The notes beneath the pieces were generated by a model. It was not told the origin of the DNA, did no database searches, and saw nothing but the letters and a program-made list of their open reading frames with translations. A stretch of 63,912 nt of DNA, counting the filler, from Licmophora abbreviata (lineage: Eukaryota), in the NCBI GenBank assembly GCA_900291995.1. It is 11 parts of 11 records of this genome, joined end to end, with 100 filler letters (N's around TTAATTAATTAA, not from the genome) between each part and the next. Parts side by side here need not be neighbours in the genome. Positions count along the whole stretch, not along the records: positions 29,561 to 45,275 come from OLMU01001954.1; 10 more parts are not named here. The stretch is one strand, 5' to 3'. The position numbers and the translations under genes are program-made. Numbering within the stretch: the first letter of the stretch is position 1; each line of letters begins with the position of its first letter. Shown in pieces: positions 34,122 to 44,521 of the stretch.

Positions 34122-36194
34122 TCAGTCTCGCTCCGGAATCGTTGCATATGCTTTCCCTCTGTAGAGCCATTCAGATAGATCTTCGCCACGATGTTTTAGG
34201 GCAGACAAATCTGTCGATGTAGATGCAGCGATATTGCGCAGCGTTTCGTTCTGATAGATTTCGAGGTATGAGGTTGGCTCACTAGAGTCACCTATCAAAT
34301 GCTTCAGTGGTATTGATCTTGAACTGCCTTCTGCTTCCCATTCCCGCTCTTCCAGCTCCATTCTTCGTGTCCACGGCAATGCCTTCTTTAGAGGGAGCGA
34401 CGATATTCGCCGCATCAGTCTTCCACATGCAGCTGTTGTTTTCCCGATTGGTCCCATAGCGGCCAGCAGTCCCAGAGTGTTTCCTGTAGCCATGGCCAAG
34501 GCAATACGGTACAACAGATATCCATGAGAAGGATACGAATGGATCACTCTCGCTAAGTCTCTCGTGCTCAATTCCGAGCAAATGGCAAGCCCTATTTCGT
34601 TGGCCAGCTCCGCTGCAGCAGGACCACAAGCAGTCATACCCAAGACGACCCCGTGCACGCGGGTGGCGCGAAGTTCCACGAATCCTATCGTGGGACGTTC
34701 CAGGCGTTCCATATCAGCCCGATCCATACCTTCCTCTGGTACATACAGGCAATCAAAGCCGTCCTTTCCGTATTTTTGGACGCACTCAGTATATGACAGA
34801 CCGACGGATGCCAACTCTGGATCTGTGTAGATGACGGAAGGGACTGTGGAGTGGACGGCCCTGCTCCCAACGCGAAGCCATGCCGGTACAACAATGTTCC
34901 GAGCCGCATGGAATCCTGTCCACCCCGCATGAGCTGCACGTCGCTGCCGGGAGTGAATCACAGCTGAGCAGCAATCGCCACAAGCGAAGACATGACTGGT
35001 TGTCTTGGATCGCAGCGTGTTGTTCTGCACAAGTACACCGAATTCGGGATTCCAAGCGACATTGGCCTGTGCCAGATTCAACCCTCTCAAGGAAGACTCT
35101 GGACTTCGACCTAAACACAGGAGCAAGGCATCGACCGGAAGCGAAGATCCATCGTCTAAGCGTACGCAAGTCTTAGATGTATCGTCGTCTTGCTCGACAT
35201 GCGCGACGCGTCGGTTGAGAATAAGGCGAATCCCATCTCGATGCAATAGCTTCATGGCGGCACGACGCAAAGTCACATCTTCGTCGGGCAAAATCTCGGG
35301 TGCCACAATGGTAACAATCATATTGTCACACTCGACATTTAGCCTTGCTAAAGTTTGTCCCAGCTCACATGCTGTCGGGCCTCCACCGGCAATCACCAAG
35401 TGTTTAGGTTGCCCGGCTTGCTCGCTTGAATCCTCGAGTAGATCCCATAGGTTTTCAGCGGTGCTGTTTGTCGGAGGCTGCAGGAGAGTGCGGTACGTAA
35501 AGACGGGAACTTTCGCAACCTTTGCTTCGTTCTCGAGTCGTTCGGGTACAATTGGAGAAGCCCCGGTGGCAATCAAGAACTTTTTGCTTTTGACAATAAT
35601 TTTGGGAATTGCTAAAGTGCTGTTTCTTCTAGGAGCCACCTCCAACTCATGAGGAGAAACGAACCTGCAGCTCTCCACAAACAGCAGGTCCAAATTGGGA
35701 TTTCGTTCTGAAATGAGTGTAGGATCTTCTCTCTGTCTCACAGCTTGAACAGTGCTGTTAGCATGCCTCTGTGCAACTCGAAACCAAGAACCAGATTCAC
35801 CGGGGACTCTTCGTCGATTGCTTGCCATACGTGCTACTGACCGCACTGCCTTGGATGGGACACATGCCGCGTTGGTACAGTCACCACCCACCATTGAGTC
35901 AGGGTGATGATCAATGAGTAACGTTTTGCAGCCCAAGGAGCTGGCAGTGCCCGCAGCGAATAGACCCGACGCTCCCGCTCCGATGACGACAAGGTCGTGG
36001 TCGTACCGAGGCTGTGAACTGAAGAACGGTCGAAGCGCGGTCACTGCGGCAATCCCCTGCCAGGTTACTTTGAAAAGGCATACCAGGTGTAAGGCCCGTG
36101 AGCGCGACAGTTTGCGGCGGTTTACTGTTCCCATGCTGTGGCGCTCCTCTTCCCCGTCATCTTCTCCCATTTCCGCTTCGCTTTCATCATGCAT
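34122..36194 (-). CDS. Class I pyridine nucleotide-disulfide oxidoreductase, mercuric-reductase-like
   Basis: DLVVIGAGASG, redox motif GGDCTNAACVPSK, IATGA, AGGGPTACELG, FACGDC, P.VIYTDPELASVG, IHSYPS; start uncertain. Confidence 0.85.
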   Translation of the reverse strand: MHDESEAEMGEDDGEEERHSMGTVNRRKLSRSRALHLVCLFKVTWQGIAAVTALRPFFSSQPRYDHDLVVIGAGASGLFAAGTASSLGCKTLLIDHHPDSMVGGDCTNAACVPSKAVRSVARMASNRRRVPGESGSWFRVAQRHANSTVQAVRQREDPTLISERNPNLDLLFVESCRFVSPHELEVAPRRNSTLAIPKIIVKSKKFLIATGASPIVPERLENEAKVAKVPVFTYRTLLQPPTNSTAENLWDLLEDSSEQAGQPKHLVIAGGGPTACELGQTLARLNVECDNMIVTIVAPEILPDEDVTLRRAAMKLLHRDGIRLILNRRVAHVEQDDDTSKTCVRLDDGSSLPVDALLLCLGRSPESSLRGLNLAQANVAWNPEFGVLVQNNTLRSKTTSHVFACGDCCSAVIHSRQRRAAHAGWTGFHAARNIVVPAWLRVGSRAVHSTVPSVIYTDPELASVGLSYTECVQKYGKDGFDCLYVPEEGMDRADMERLERPTIGFVELRATRVHGVVLGMTACGPAAAELANEIGLAICSELSTRDLARVIHSYPSHGYLLYRIALAMATGNTLGLLAAMGPIGKTTAACGRLMRRISSLPLKKALPWTRRMELEEREWEAEGSSRSIPLKHLIGDSSEPTSYLEIYQNETLRNIAASTSTDLSALKHRGEDLSEWLYRGKAYATIPERD

Positions 36195-36575
36195 CGCCGC
36201 TTTTCAGCCCATCATCATCACACGACATCATCCGATAGAGAAAAAGCAAAAAGTACGAAGTACGTCATCCAGTCACGAGTCAAGAAGTCGTGGGATAGTC
36301 ACGGGTCAACAAGTCACGAGTGATGACTAGACTGTGGAAAAGCAACAGCTGATCGGCCGACCATGACGCCAGACGGGAAGTCGCACCGCACCACACTGAA
36401 AAGATCGCCTTATGCCAATGGGATCTTGAATTGTGCCTCTCTTTCTGTCTACTGCTCTGTCCTCATTGATCCCGTCGCAAAAGTCAAAATTCCATCTTGG
36501 TAAAATCACCGTAGAAATTCGGAGGAAAAGCAACACGCCAAGTTTCGAACAAGACAATACCGCTTTCGATCGACC

Positions 36576-38732
36576 ATGGCACCCTCCTCGCCGCATCGCT
36601 CGGAAGTACAAGTGAGCAAGTCCCCTGCCGAATTCTTCGCTGAAAATCAAGCCATCGCTGGCTTTGATAACTATGGAAAGTCTCTCTATACGACGATCCG
36701 TGAGCTCGTCGAGAACTCGCTCGATGCCTGTGAGTCGGTGCAGGTATTACCCGATATCAGTGTCAGTATTGAAGAAATGACACAGCACGAATTCAATGTC
36801 GTCCGTGGACTGACCAAGAAGGACGGCAAGAGCTCTCTGGAACGCAAAGACATCGGTCTCTTCACAAATAAGAAGAAGGGTCGCAAGTCTACGTCAACTC
36901 CCTCTGAAACGGAAAGTACGACACAAGAAGCCCCAGGAAATGAAGTTGCCGACACGCTGGATGCTGCCAAGCCTCTCGCAGCAGACACCAAGATGGCTGC
37001 TGCAGCCTCCAAGTCATCCGCTAAGAAGAAAAAGAAGGCTCCATCGGAAGGCTACTTTCGCATCAAGGTGCGCGACAATGGTTGTGGCATGTCCCACGAC
37101 GCCATTCCGAATCTTCTGGGACGCGTGCTATCGGGCTCCAAGTACGGTGTGCGCCAGACGCGAGGGAAGTTTGGACTCGGGGCCAAGATGGCTCTCATAT
37201 GGAGCAAAAAATCGACCGGTGTGCCGATTGAGATTCGGACGGCGCACATGGCGACGCCGGGGGTCGTGGGAACACACGTGAGCAAGTGTGTTCTGGACAT
37301 TGATATCTACAAGAATCGACCGCGGATTCTGGAACACACCAAGCGACCTAATACGGAGCAGTGGGTCGGGACCGAGTTTACCGTCATCATTATGGGAAAC
37401 TGGACAACCTACAAGGCGCGAATCGTTCAGTATCTTCAGCAACTTGCCATCATTACGCCTTACGCCAAGTTGGAAATGAACTATCAGAACATGTCAGAAG
37501 AGAAACGTAATATGAACATTAGATACGACCGTCGTTCAGAGCAGATGCCGGCCCCTGCCAAGGAAGTCAAGCACCATCCGAGCAGCGTCAACAACCTTCT
37601 GGTCTCTCAGCTGCTTGAGCGGACACGATCCAAGACCTTTACCAAGTTTCTGTGTACCGAGTTGAGTAGCGTAAGTCCGGCTCTGGCCAAGCGACTGATT
37701 GCTGAGCTGGGATTCGACGAAAGTATGCATCCCTCAGAGATCGGCGACAAGCAGGTTACGCGGCTGGTACAGCTTTTGCGCAGTGTGGAACTGTTCAAGG
37801 CGCCAGATGGGTCTTGTTTGTCGCCACTGGGAGAGTACAATCTAAACCTGGGCATTCGCAAGGTACTTGAACCCGACGTGGTGGCCACGGCGAGGGACAA
37901 AGCTAGCGCGTACGAAGGACACCCGTTCATTGTAGAAGCGGCAGTGTCAATCGGCGGAAAGGATGTTAAAGAAGGCATCACGGTGGTCCGCTTTGCTAAC
38001 CGAATTCCTCTGCTCTTTGAAGGAGGAGCCGATGTTGCTACGCGAGTGGCACAAACCAAGATTCGATGGACAAATTATAAAATCGACATGAAGCGTGACA
38101 AGATCGGAGTCTTCGTTTCTATTGTGTCGACGAAAGTTCCATTCAAGGGGACGGGAAAGGAGTACATTGGAGACGATATAACGGAGATTCAGCTGTCCGT
38201 GAAGCGAGCCCTTCAGAGCTGCTGTCAGCAGCTGCGAACACACTTGGCCAAGAAGCACGCCTTGAAGGATATCAAGGAGCGTAAGTCGCGCCTAGTCAAG
38301 TACGTCCCCGACGTGGGCCGAGCTCTCTTTGGTCTACTTGACGGGATGCGCAAGCGAAAAAATGAAGAAGGGGGGCAGCACATCGGCGAACGAGGAGAAG
38401 ATGAGGATAGATCTAAGCGAATCAGACTGGACGACCGTGACGCTCGTGACATGATTCGGATGCTGGATCGTGGCCAAGTCACCGAGGATGTTCTCAAGAA
38501 GCGTCTCGTTGAAAACATTGAGTCACAAGGAGACTCGGCCGAACAGCTGGAGGTGTCCGTCAGTGGGGCATCTGGGAACAAGGGGAAACGAAAAGTCAAT
38601 CGAGGGCTGGGTGATGCCCAGCCTCTCTTCCTGCTCTGCCTGCCAAAGATGAAATCCTCAGAACATGACATGCAACACCCTTTATTCACGTTTCGTCCGA
38701 TCAAACCAATTCAAAGTGACGTCGATAACTAG
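36576..38732 (+). CDS. TOP6B: DNA topoisomerase VI subunit B
   Basis: SPAEFFAENQAIAGFDN, TTIRELVENSLDA, DNGCGM, GSKYGVRQTRGKFGLGAK, RFANRIPLLFE, STKVPFKGTGKEYI. Confidence 0.95.
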   Translation: MAPSSPHRSEVQVSKSPAEFFAENQAIAGFDNYGKSLYTTIRELVENSLDACESVQVLPDISVSIEEMTQHEFNVVRGLTKKDGKSSLERKDIGLFTNKKKGRKSTSTPSETESTTQEAPGNEVADTLDAAKPLAADTKMAAAASKSSAKKKKKAPSEGYFRIKVRDNGCGMSHDAIPNLLGRVLSGSKYGVRQTRGKFGLGAKMALIWSKKSTGVPIEIRTAHMATPGVVGTHVSKCVLDIDIYKNRPRILEHTKRPNTEQWVGTEFTVIIMGNWTTYKARIVQYLQQLAIITPYAKLEMNYQNMSEEKRNMNIRYDRRSEQMPAPAKEVKHHPSSVNNLLVSQLLERTRSKTFTKFLCTELSSVSPALAKRLIAELGFDESMHPSEIGDKQVTRLVQLLRSVELFKAPDGSCLSPLGEYNLNLGIRKVLEPDVVATARDKASAYEGHPFIVEAAVSIGGKDVKEGITVVRFANRIPLLFEGGADVATRVAQTKIRWTNYKIDMKRDKIGVFVSIVSTKVPFKGTGKEYIGDDITEIQLSVKRALQSCCQQLRTHLAKKHALKDIKERKSRLVKYVPDVGRALFGLLDGMRKRKNEEGGQHIGERGEDEDRSKRIRLDDRDARDMIRMLDRGQVTEDVLKKRLVENIESQGDSAEQLEVSVSGASGNKGKRKVNRGLGDAQPLFLLCLPKMKSSEHDMQHPLFTFRPIKPIQSDVDN

Positions 38733-39001
38733 CTATTGTAGCAGCTACGATGATAGCATGTTGGGTTTTGAGTTTTGATATCATAACGCGGTGGCAATCT
38801 CAAATACTGTAGGTTTGAAGATGTGTAATTCCGCAGTTCATAAGTGTGACGTCATACACTCCATCCGGGAATTGATTCGATTCGGTTTTCTCGTTTTCTC
38901 TTTCTCACGTGCTTCTTCCATTCAAGAGTCGGAAGAAGTACTCGACCAAGTGCTCCGTGGTCTGTTGCATATCCAGACTACGATCAGAAAGCAGCACAAC
39001 T

Positions 39002-40352
39002 ATGTGGCGACGGCTTGGCAACAGCGCATCGTGGCACGGGGCTGCCGGTATTCGGTTCAAGTCGTCCAGCGCCGGTGGCATCAAGTCCGGATTGAACGTA
39101 TCGAACGTAGCATCAGCACACGGTGTACGTCTCACGAAAACTGAACTACGGTGTCTGCGAAACCAACTCGACATGAACAAAGATGGTCTAGTGTCAGCAG
39201 GAGAGCTGGCCAAGGCAGGGAAGCAAGCATTGGAAAAACAATGGACGCGAGAGTTGTGTTTGAGCGCCGTAGAAAAGCCTCAATCCACCGCAGAACATTT
39301 GGGCTCCCGTGTTCTGTCCTACTTAGATTACGCGGGTACAGCTCTATTCGCTGTGGTAGGAACTCAGCTTGCGGGAGAAAATGGAATGAACGTCATCGGC
39401 TGCGGCCTGGTGTAAGTGAGAACGCTGTATATCCGCTTCACGATAAAGTTTTCTGGTCCAGTTGTTCCAAATGTTCGACTCATCACGCTCGTCCTTCGAT
39501 CGATCCCAGGGGCTGCATCGCTGCCATGGGTGGAGGGACACTCAATAATATCTTGTATGGCAGTTCCGCTTTGTTGCTCGACAAATCTGGGGTATTCTGG
39601 ATTCGGAATCCTTCGTTCTTGATGGTTTCCGTGGTGGCGTCTGTCTTCACGTTCTACTCCTGGCCTCTTTACTGTCGTCAGGCCGCAAAGCATCGACTGG
39701 AACGCTTTATTGGGGAAGACAATCTAAACCCGGATGGCAGTGTAACATACAAGCATTCTTTGAAGCATGTAAGCGGGACAGGGAGTTTGCCAAGAGCGTC
39801 GCTGTGGCGTTCGGCATGGATCCCCTGACGGCGTCGCCCGCAGAGTTGTTCGTTGCCGCGGATGCGGACAAGACGGGGAAGATATCCTTGGCCGAGATGG
39901 AAGCTGTAGTGGCAAAGCAGTTTGATGCGTCGCCGACCATGTATGCTCTTGATACGGCTGCGCTAGCAGCATTTTCTGTCGTGGCTGTCAATGGCGCGGT
40001 CCAGCGTGGCTTACATCCTGTGGTTGCGGCTACTTCGGGTGTGACTATCTGCTTTGGAGGTATCCTGAGAGACGTCTTGTGCGGCCGTGACCTCGCGATT
40101 GGTGGACAAAGCTATGCCTTTGCGACTGGAGCAGGGTCGGCAGTTTATGTTATGTTGAGAGAGTTGAGACTCAGGGGGTATCCTATAACCTTGATAGTTC
40201 GAATTGTCTGTGCCTTCGCTACCACGTCGGGGCTCAGAGCTTGGGAGTACGTCAGAGGTGAACCGCTGCTAAGAGCAATGCATTACCACGATGAAAAGGA
40301 ATCGCGGCTTCTCCAATCTCTGAATCACTATGCGACAGAAAAAGTTACATAA
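39002..40352 (+). CDS. UPF0126/TRIC-like (glycine transporter family) membrane protein with EF-hands; intron 39412-39509; apparent 1-nt frameshift at about 39753
   Basis: Repeat 1 LDYAGTALFAVVG..GMNVIG..CIAAMGGGTLNNIL; repeat 2 LDTAALAAFSV..SGVTICFGGILRDVL..YAFA; EF loops DMNKDGLVSAGE and DADKTGKISLAE; Arg/Ser-rich N-terminus without acidic residues. Confidence 0.8.
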
Positions 40353-40412
40353 AGAAGAAAGAAGTAAAAACTATTCTGATATTATGTGAAGAGTACACGG
40401 ATCTACTGTCTC

Positions 40413-43160
40413 TCAATGAATCATTACGGCCCCATCGTCGTCCAACATTTCAATATCTTCTTCCGTCTGGCGATCCTCGTTTGGGATATCCGTCTCTTCA
40501 AGTCTGTAACGAAGAGTCCGTGGCTTCTTGACCGGAACCCCGCAGTCGTCGAGAGATGCTTCTTCTGCGTCAACCGCCTCGATGTGAACAGTGAATCCAC
40601 TGGCAAGCTCGCCGCTGAGCAGCAATTTACTCAGTGCTGTCACAATCGTTTTCTCCATGTAGCGCTCGACGGGCCGTGCGCCGTAATTCGGATCGTAGCT
40701 CTCTGCCAGGATAGTTTTCACGCCACTGCTCTCCAACACCACCCTCACGCCTTTCGGTTCCAATCGTCTCTTGATGCCCGTGAGTGTATTCTGACAGATC
40801 TTCTCCATTTGCGTCATTCCAAGGGAGTTGAACATCACCGTAGCAGAGAGTCGGTTGAGAAACTCGGGGCTGAAGTGCGATCGCACACTGGTCATAACCT
40901 TGGCGTGTGCCTCTTCAATTCTTTCGTGGTCGTCCTCAGTGAGATCCTGCAAGTATTGGGCTCCAATGTTTGATGTGAGAATGATGACGGTATTCTTGAA
41001 GTCCACGGTATTCTTCTTTGAGTCTGTGAGACGGCCCTCGTCAAGAACTTGCAGTAGGAGGGTTAAAACACGAGGGTGCGCCTTCTCTACCTCGTCGAAA
41101 AGTACAACCGTGTAAGGGCGCCGCCGAACTGCCTCTGTTAGATAGCCCCCTTCGTCAAACCCAACATATCCGGGAGGAGCACCAATGAGCCGGGACACGG
41201 AATGAGGCTCAGTGTACTCGCTCATGTCGATGCGGACCATATGGCGCTCGTCCCCATCGTAGAGTTCGGAGAAAAGGGCCCGACTTAAGAGTGTCTTCCC
41301 GACCCCCGTGCCACCACAGAAGAGAAATGACCCAGTTGGTTGGTTTGGGCGCGACAGTCCAGCCTTGGAACGGAGCACACAGTCAACGACTTCGCTGACG
41401 GCCGCGTCCTGTCCAATTACCCGTTCCCTCAATCGGTCGCCCAGATTGAGGAGACGCTCTCTTTCAGTCTGTGAAAGTTTCGATACTGGAATTCCTGTCC
41501 ATCGAGATATGACTTCCGCAATGTCCTCTGGTGTAACCACCTCGGACACCATGGACTCGTCATCGCTTTCAATTGCCGCTGCTTTGCGCTCTGCCTCTTC
41601 CTTCTGAATGTTCGCCAAATGAGCTTTCAAATCAGGAATAGCGCCGTAGCGAATATCGGCAGCCCTTTCGTAGTCGCCCACGCGCTCAGCTGTCGCCGCC
41701 TTCGCTTCGAGGCCAGCAAGCTTCGCCTTAGCGCTCTTTAGTTCTTCGGCACGTCCACGATCTGCCTCCCACTTTTGGGCGAGAGGGGCAAGCTCCTCGC
41801 GTAGATTGGCAAGTTCCGCCTGAATACTGTGTCTTCGCTTCTTCGAAGCCTTGTCTTTCTCGCGTTTTAACGCCGTCGATTCGATCTCCAGTTGCAGGAT
41901 GCGACGCTCAAGCTGGTCGATTCGTTCGGGTCGACTGTCCAGACTCGTTCTCAAAGTCGCCGCAGCTTCGTCCATAAGATCTATGGCTTTGTCCGGCAGG
42001 AAACGTTGCGTGATGTAGCGATGAGATAGCTGTGCAGCAGCCACCAGGGCCGCGTCGCTGATTCTAACCCCATGATGGGCCTCATATCTGTCAGTCAAGC
42101 CACGGAGGATTGAAATTGTTGACTCGACAGATGGCTCTCGAACGGAAACCTGTTGGAAGCGCCGTTCAAAGGCTGAATCTTTCTCCACATGTTCTCGATA
42201 CTCATCCAAGGTTGTGGCGCCCACCATACGAAGCTCTCCTCTTGCGAGCATGGGCTTTAGCATGTTGCTTGCGTCTAGAGATCCATCGCCTTTGCCAGCC
42301 CCCAGCATTGTGTGCATTTCGTCGACAAACAAAATAATTCTTCCCTCAGCTGTTTTGCATTCGTCAAGAATGGCCTTGAGACGCTCCTCAAAATCGCCTC
42401 GATACTTGGCGCCAGCGACCAACGCGCCCATGTCCAAGGTTCGCAGCGCGATTCCTTTCAAGGTTTCAGGCACGTCGCCTTCCAGAATACGTCGCGCCAG
42501 GCCTTCCACAATTGCAGTTTTTCCCACACCAGGTTCGCCGATTAGCACGGGATTGTTTTTGGTTCTCCGAGAAAGAATCTGAATTACGCGCCGAATCTCC
42601 TCATCGCGTCCAATGACGGGATCAAGTTTTCCCTCCTCTGCCATCTTGACGAGATCTACGCCATACTTTTCAAGTGCTTCGTACGATTCCTCCGCAGACG
42701 CGGACGTCACTTTGCCATCTCCACGAATATCCTTGAGGGTCGAGACAGCCAGCGTTCGCGTCAAGCCAGCCTTTTCCAAAATACCTTTGACTTCCTTGTC
42801 ATCGTACAACCCCTCCACCAGGTGATCTAGTGCTACTAAAGCATCTCCGTTCGACTTGGCCGCCTTTGTGGCACGCTGGAGGAGTTGTGAGGAAGCGTTC
42901 GACAGACTCGCCTCCATCGGTGCAGGGGTCTGAGAAGGCCGCTGCAACAACGCTCTCTGTAGATTGCGTTGAATTACATTCACGTCCAGATCAGCCTTGT
43001 TAGCCTTGGCACAAACACGTGCCCCGATGGATTCGTCTCCAGAGTACAAGACGTTGCCCAAGTGCAACGGGTCCGCCATAGCGTGTCCATAGCTTCTAGC
43101 TAAGGCAAGCGACTGTTCAATCGCCTTTGCTGTCGCATCAGTAATAGTTCGTTCTGTCAT
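40413..43160 (-). CDS. clpB: Hsp100/ClpB chaperone (cytosolic Hsp101/Hsp104 type)
   Basis: GKLDPVIGRDEEIRR, RRTKNNPVLIGEPGVGKT, GAKYRG, RFLPDKAIDL, coiled-coil M domain, GTGVGKT, RIDMSEY, GAPPGYVG; no targeting extension before ATG 43160. Confidence 0.95.
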   Translation of the reverse strand: MTERTITDATAKAIEQSLALARSYGHAMADPLHLGNVLYSGDESIGARVCAKANKADLDVNVIQRNLQRALLQRPSQTPAPMEASLSNASSQLLQRATKAAKSNGDALVALDHLVEGLYDDKEVKGILEKAGLTRTLAVSTLKDIRGDGKVTSASAEESYEALEKYGVDLVKMAEEGKLDPVIGRDEEIRRVIQILSRRTKNNPVLIGEPGVGKTAIVEGLARRILEGDVPETLKGIALRTLDMGALVAGAKYRGDFEERLKAILDECKTAEGRIILFVDEMHTMLGAGKGDGSLDASNMLKPMLARGELRMVGATTLDEYREHVEKDSAFERRFQQVSVREPSVESTISILRGLTDRYEAHHGVRISDAALVAAAQLSHRYITQRFLPDKAIDLMDEAAATLRTSLDSRPERIDQLERRILQLEIESTALKREKDKASKKRRHSIQAELANLREELAPLAQKWEADRGRAEELKSAKAKLAGLEAKAATAERVGDYERAADIRYGAIPDLKAHLANIQKEEAERKAAAIESDDESMVSEVVTPEDIAEVISRWTGIPVSKLSQTERERLLNLGDRLRERVIGQDAAVSEVVDCVLRSKAGLSRPNQPTGSFLFCGGTGVGKTLLSRALFSELYDGDERHMVRIDMSEYTEPHSVSRLIGAPPGYVGFDEGGYLTEAVRRRPYTVVLFDEVEKAHPRVLTLLLQVLDEGRLTDSKKNTVDFKNTVIILTSNIGAQYLQDLTEDDHERIEEAHAKVMTSVRSHFSPEFLNRLSATVMFNSLGMTQMEKICQNTLTGIKRRLEPKGVRVVLESSGVKTILAESYDPNYGARPVERYMEKTIVTALSKLLLSGELASGFTVHIEAVDAEEASLDDCGVPVKKPRTLRYRLEETDIPNEDRQTEEDIEMLDDDGAVMIH

Positions 43161-43440
43161 GGTCAATCAATGTAGGTTGGTGCTACTTTGTGAGAACTTG
43201 GAACGATCGGGATGGAGCGAAATCGATTTCAGAAGCTGGTTTCCACGACTGAGAATTTCTTCGATCGAAATCTTGGACGAGCGTACGAGCTCCTCAAAAA
43301 GGAGCACGATGTAACTCGAACGACACATCGATCGCGATCTCTTCTGAGTGTCCGCGATCATTGGACCCAGTTAACTGACCATGCATGTACATCAGTACCC
43401 GTAGAAGCGCAGAACCCTATCATATGCACTCAGTGCGGTG

Positions 43441-44157
43441 CTAGTGAAGTCGCTTGTCCAGAGTACTGGGACGATGGAGAGCAACCAAATGAGCCAAGTC
43501 CATGACAGAATCCCGCGTGTCCAGAGTTTGGGCCGACGCCGAAGTTCTCGTCTGCGGTGTTTCGGGTACGTGGATTCCATGAATCTGTTCGAGCATTGTA
43601 ATAGCAATGACATTCGCAGCTTCTTCTGGCAATTTGAAGTCGCTGGCTAGTTCCTTGGCAAACTGAAGAATGGATGGATTGTGCTCGCTAGCCACGTCCC
43701 ACTCGAACTCGTCTTGCACCACGACACCATGAATAGACAAATTCAGTCGAATCGTAATCAGTTGCTTGTCACTTTTCAATTTTTGTGGGTGCTCCGTCAA
43801 GCAAGCCCAGAGCTGTGGCCGAATCTGCTGCGCAACACGAGCTTGCAATGCCCGTGACCAAATATCCATGCGTCCCGTAAAATGCCGAGAGGTGCGGCCC
43901 ATACCGCAGACTTCCGCATCGCTCAGTATCGAGTGTGCCAGCTCTTGCGCATTGCGCTCAACGGATTCTTCAAGTGGATAATACAAAGGGATAATCCAAC
44001 AGGAAGGGTCCCACAAGAGGGTATCAAAGAGTCGAATGTTGTCGTCCGAAGTCACGTCAATGCGGAGCGGAATCAGCCTTTCCTTATTCGTAAACGTCAC
44101 AGACGATGATACAGACGACGAATCAGGCTTCGTAGTGGTGCAAGGGGCGTCAGACAT
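43441..44157 (-). CDS. SNF5: SNF5/SMARCB1-family chromatin remodelling subunit (compact)
   Basis: Two SNF5 repeats: LIPLRIDV..IRLFDTLLWD and LITIRLNLSIHGVVVQDEFEWDV..FAKELASDFKLP..IAITMLEQI. Confidence 0.8.
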   Translation of the reverse strand: MSDAPCTTTKPDSSSVSSSVTFTNKERLIPLRIDVTSDDNIRLFDTLLWDPSCWIIPLYYPLEESVERNAQELAHSILSDAEVCGMGRTSRHFTGRMDIWSRALQARVAQQIRPQLWACLTEHPQKLKSDKQLITIRLNLSIHGVVVQDEFEWDVASEHNPSILQFAKELASDFKLPEEAANVIAITMLEQIHGIHVPETPQTRTSASAQTLDTRDSVMDLAHLVALHRPSTLDKRLH

Positions 44158-44521
44158 GATACACGGCGTTTGAAAAAATAACACTTCTGTGCGGTGCAGC
44201 GGCACGTTTGATATCCATCGATCTGTCGTCAGGAACACACATCGGCGGCGCAGTCGCTGTGTCCGTTCGTCGCGAGCGCGCCCGTCCGTTTATATAAGTT
44301 CACGCGCGCCAGTCGGCGTTCCCAAAACAGGGACTGGATGCCGGGTTTCGAATTCATCATCAATCACGTTGTACTCCCGCGGACGGCGACGACGCCGGTC
44401 TCCATCTTCCGTTGCGCGGCCCCTCTTCTTTATGCTCCCCTTACGACGCCGTAGAAACGTCTTTTTGTTGCCAGAAGAAGCACCGGGTGACCTGCTCTTT
44501 ACGTTGCACCGTTCCCAAAAG

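Noticed and set aside
34122..36194. True mercuric reductase or a mer resistance locus
   Set aside because: No C-terminal Cys-Cys pair, no metal-binding N-domain and no other mer genes
25006..43160. Bacterial contaminant or prokaryotic island (tilS, MerA-like, TOP6B, UPF0126, clpB close together)
   Set aside because: The genes have spliceosomal introns or targeting peptides, alternate strands and flank the eukaryote-specific DEPDC5; TOP6B and ClpB are normal in algae
43161..43340. Heat-shock elements upstream of clpB
   Set aside because: Only scattered GAA/TTC units; no clean run of three alternating nGAAn units
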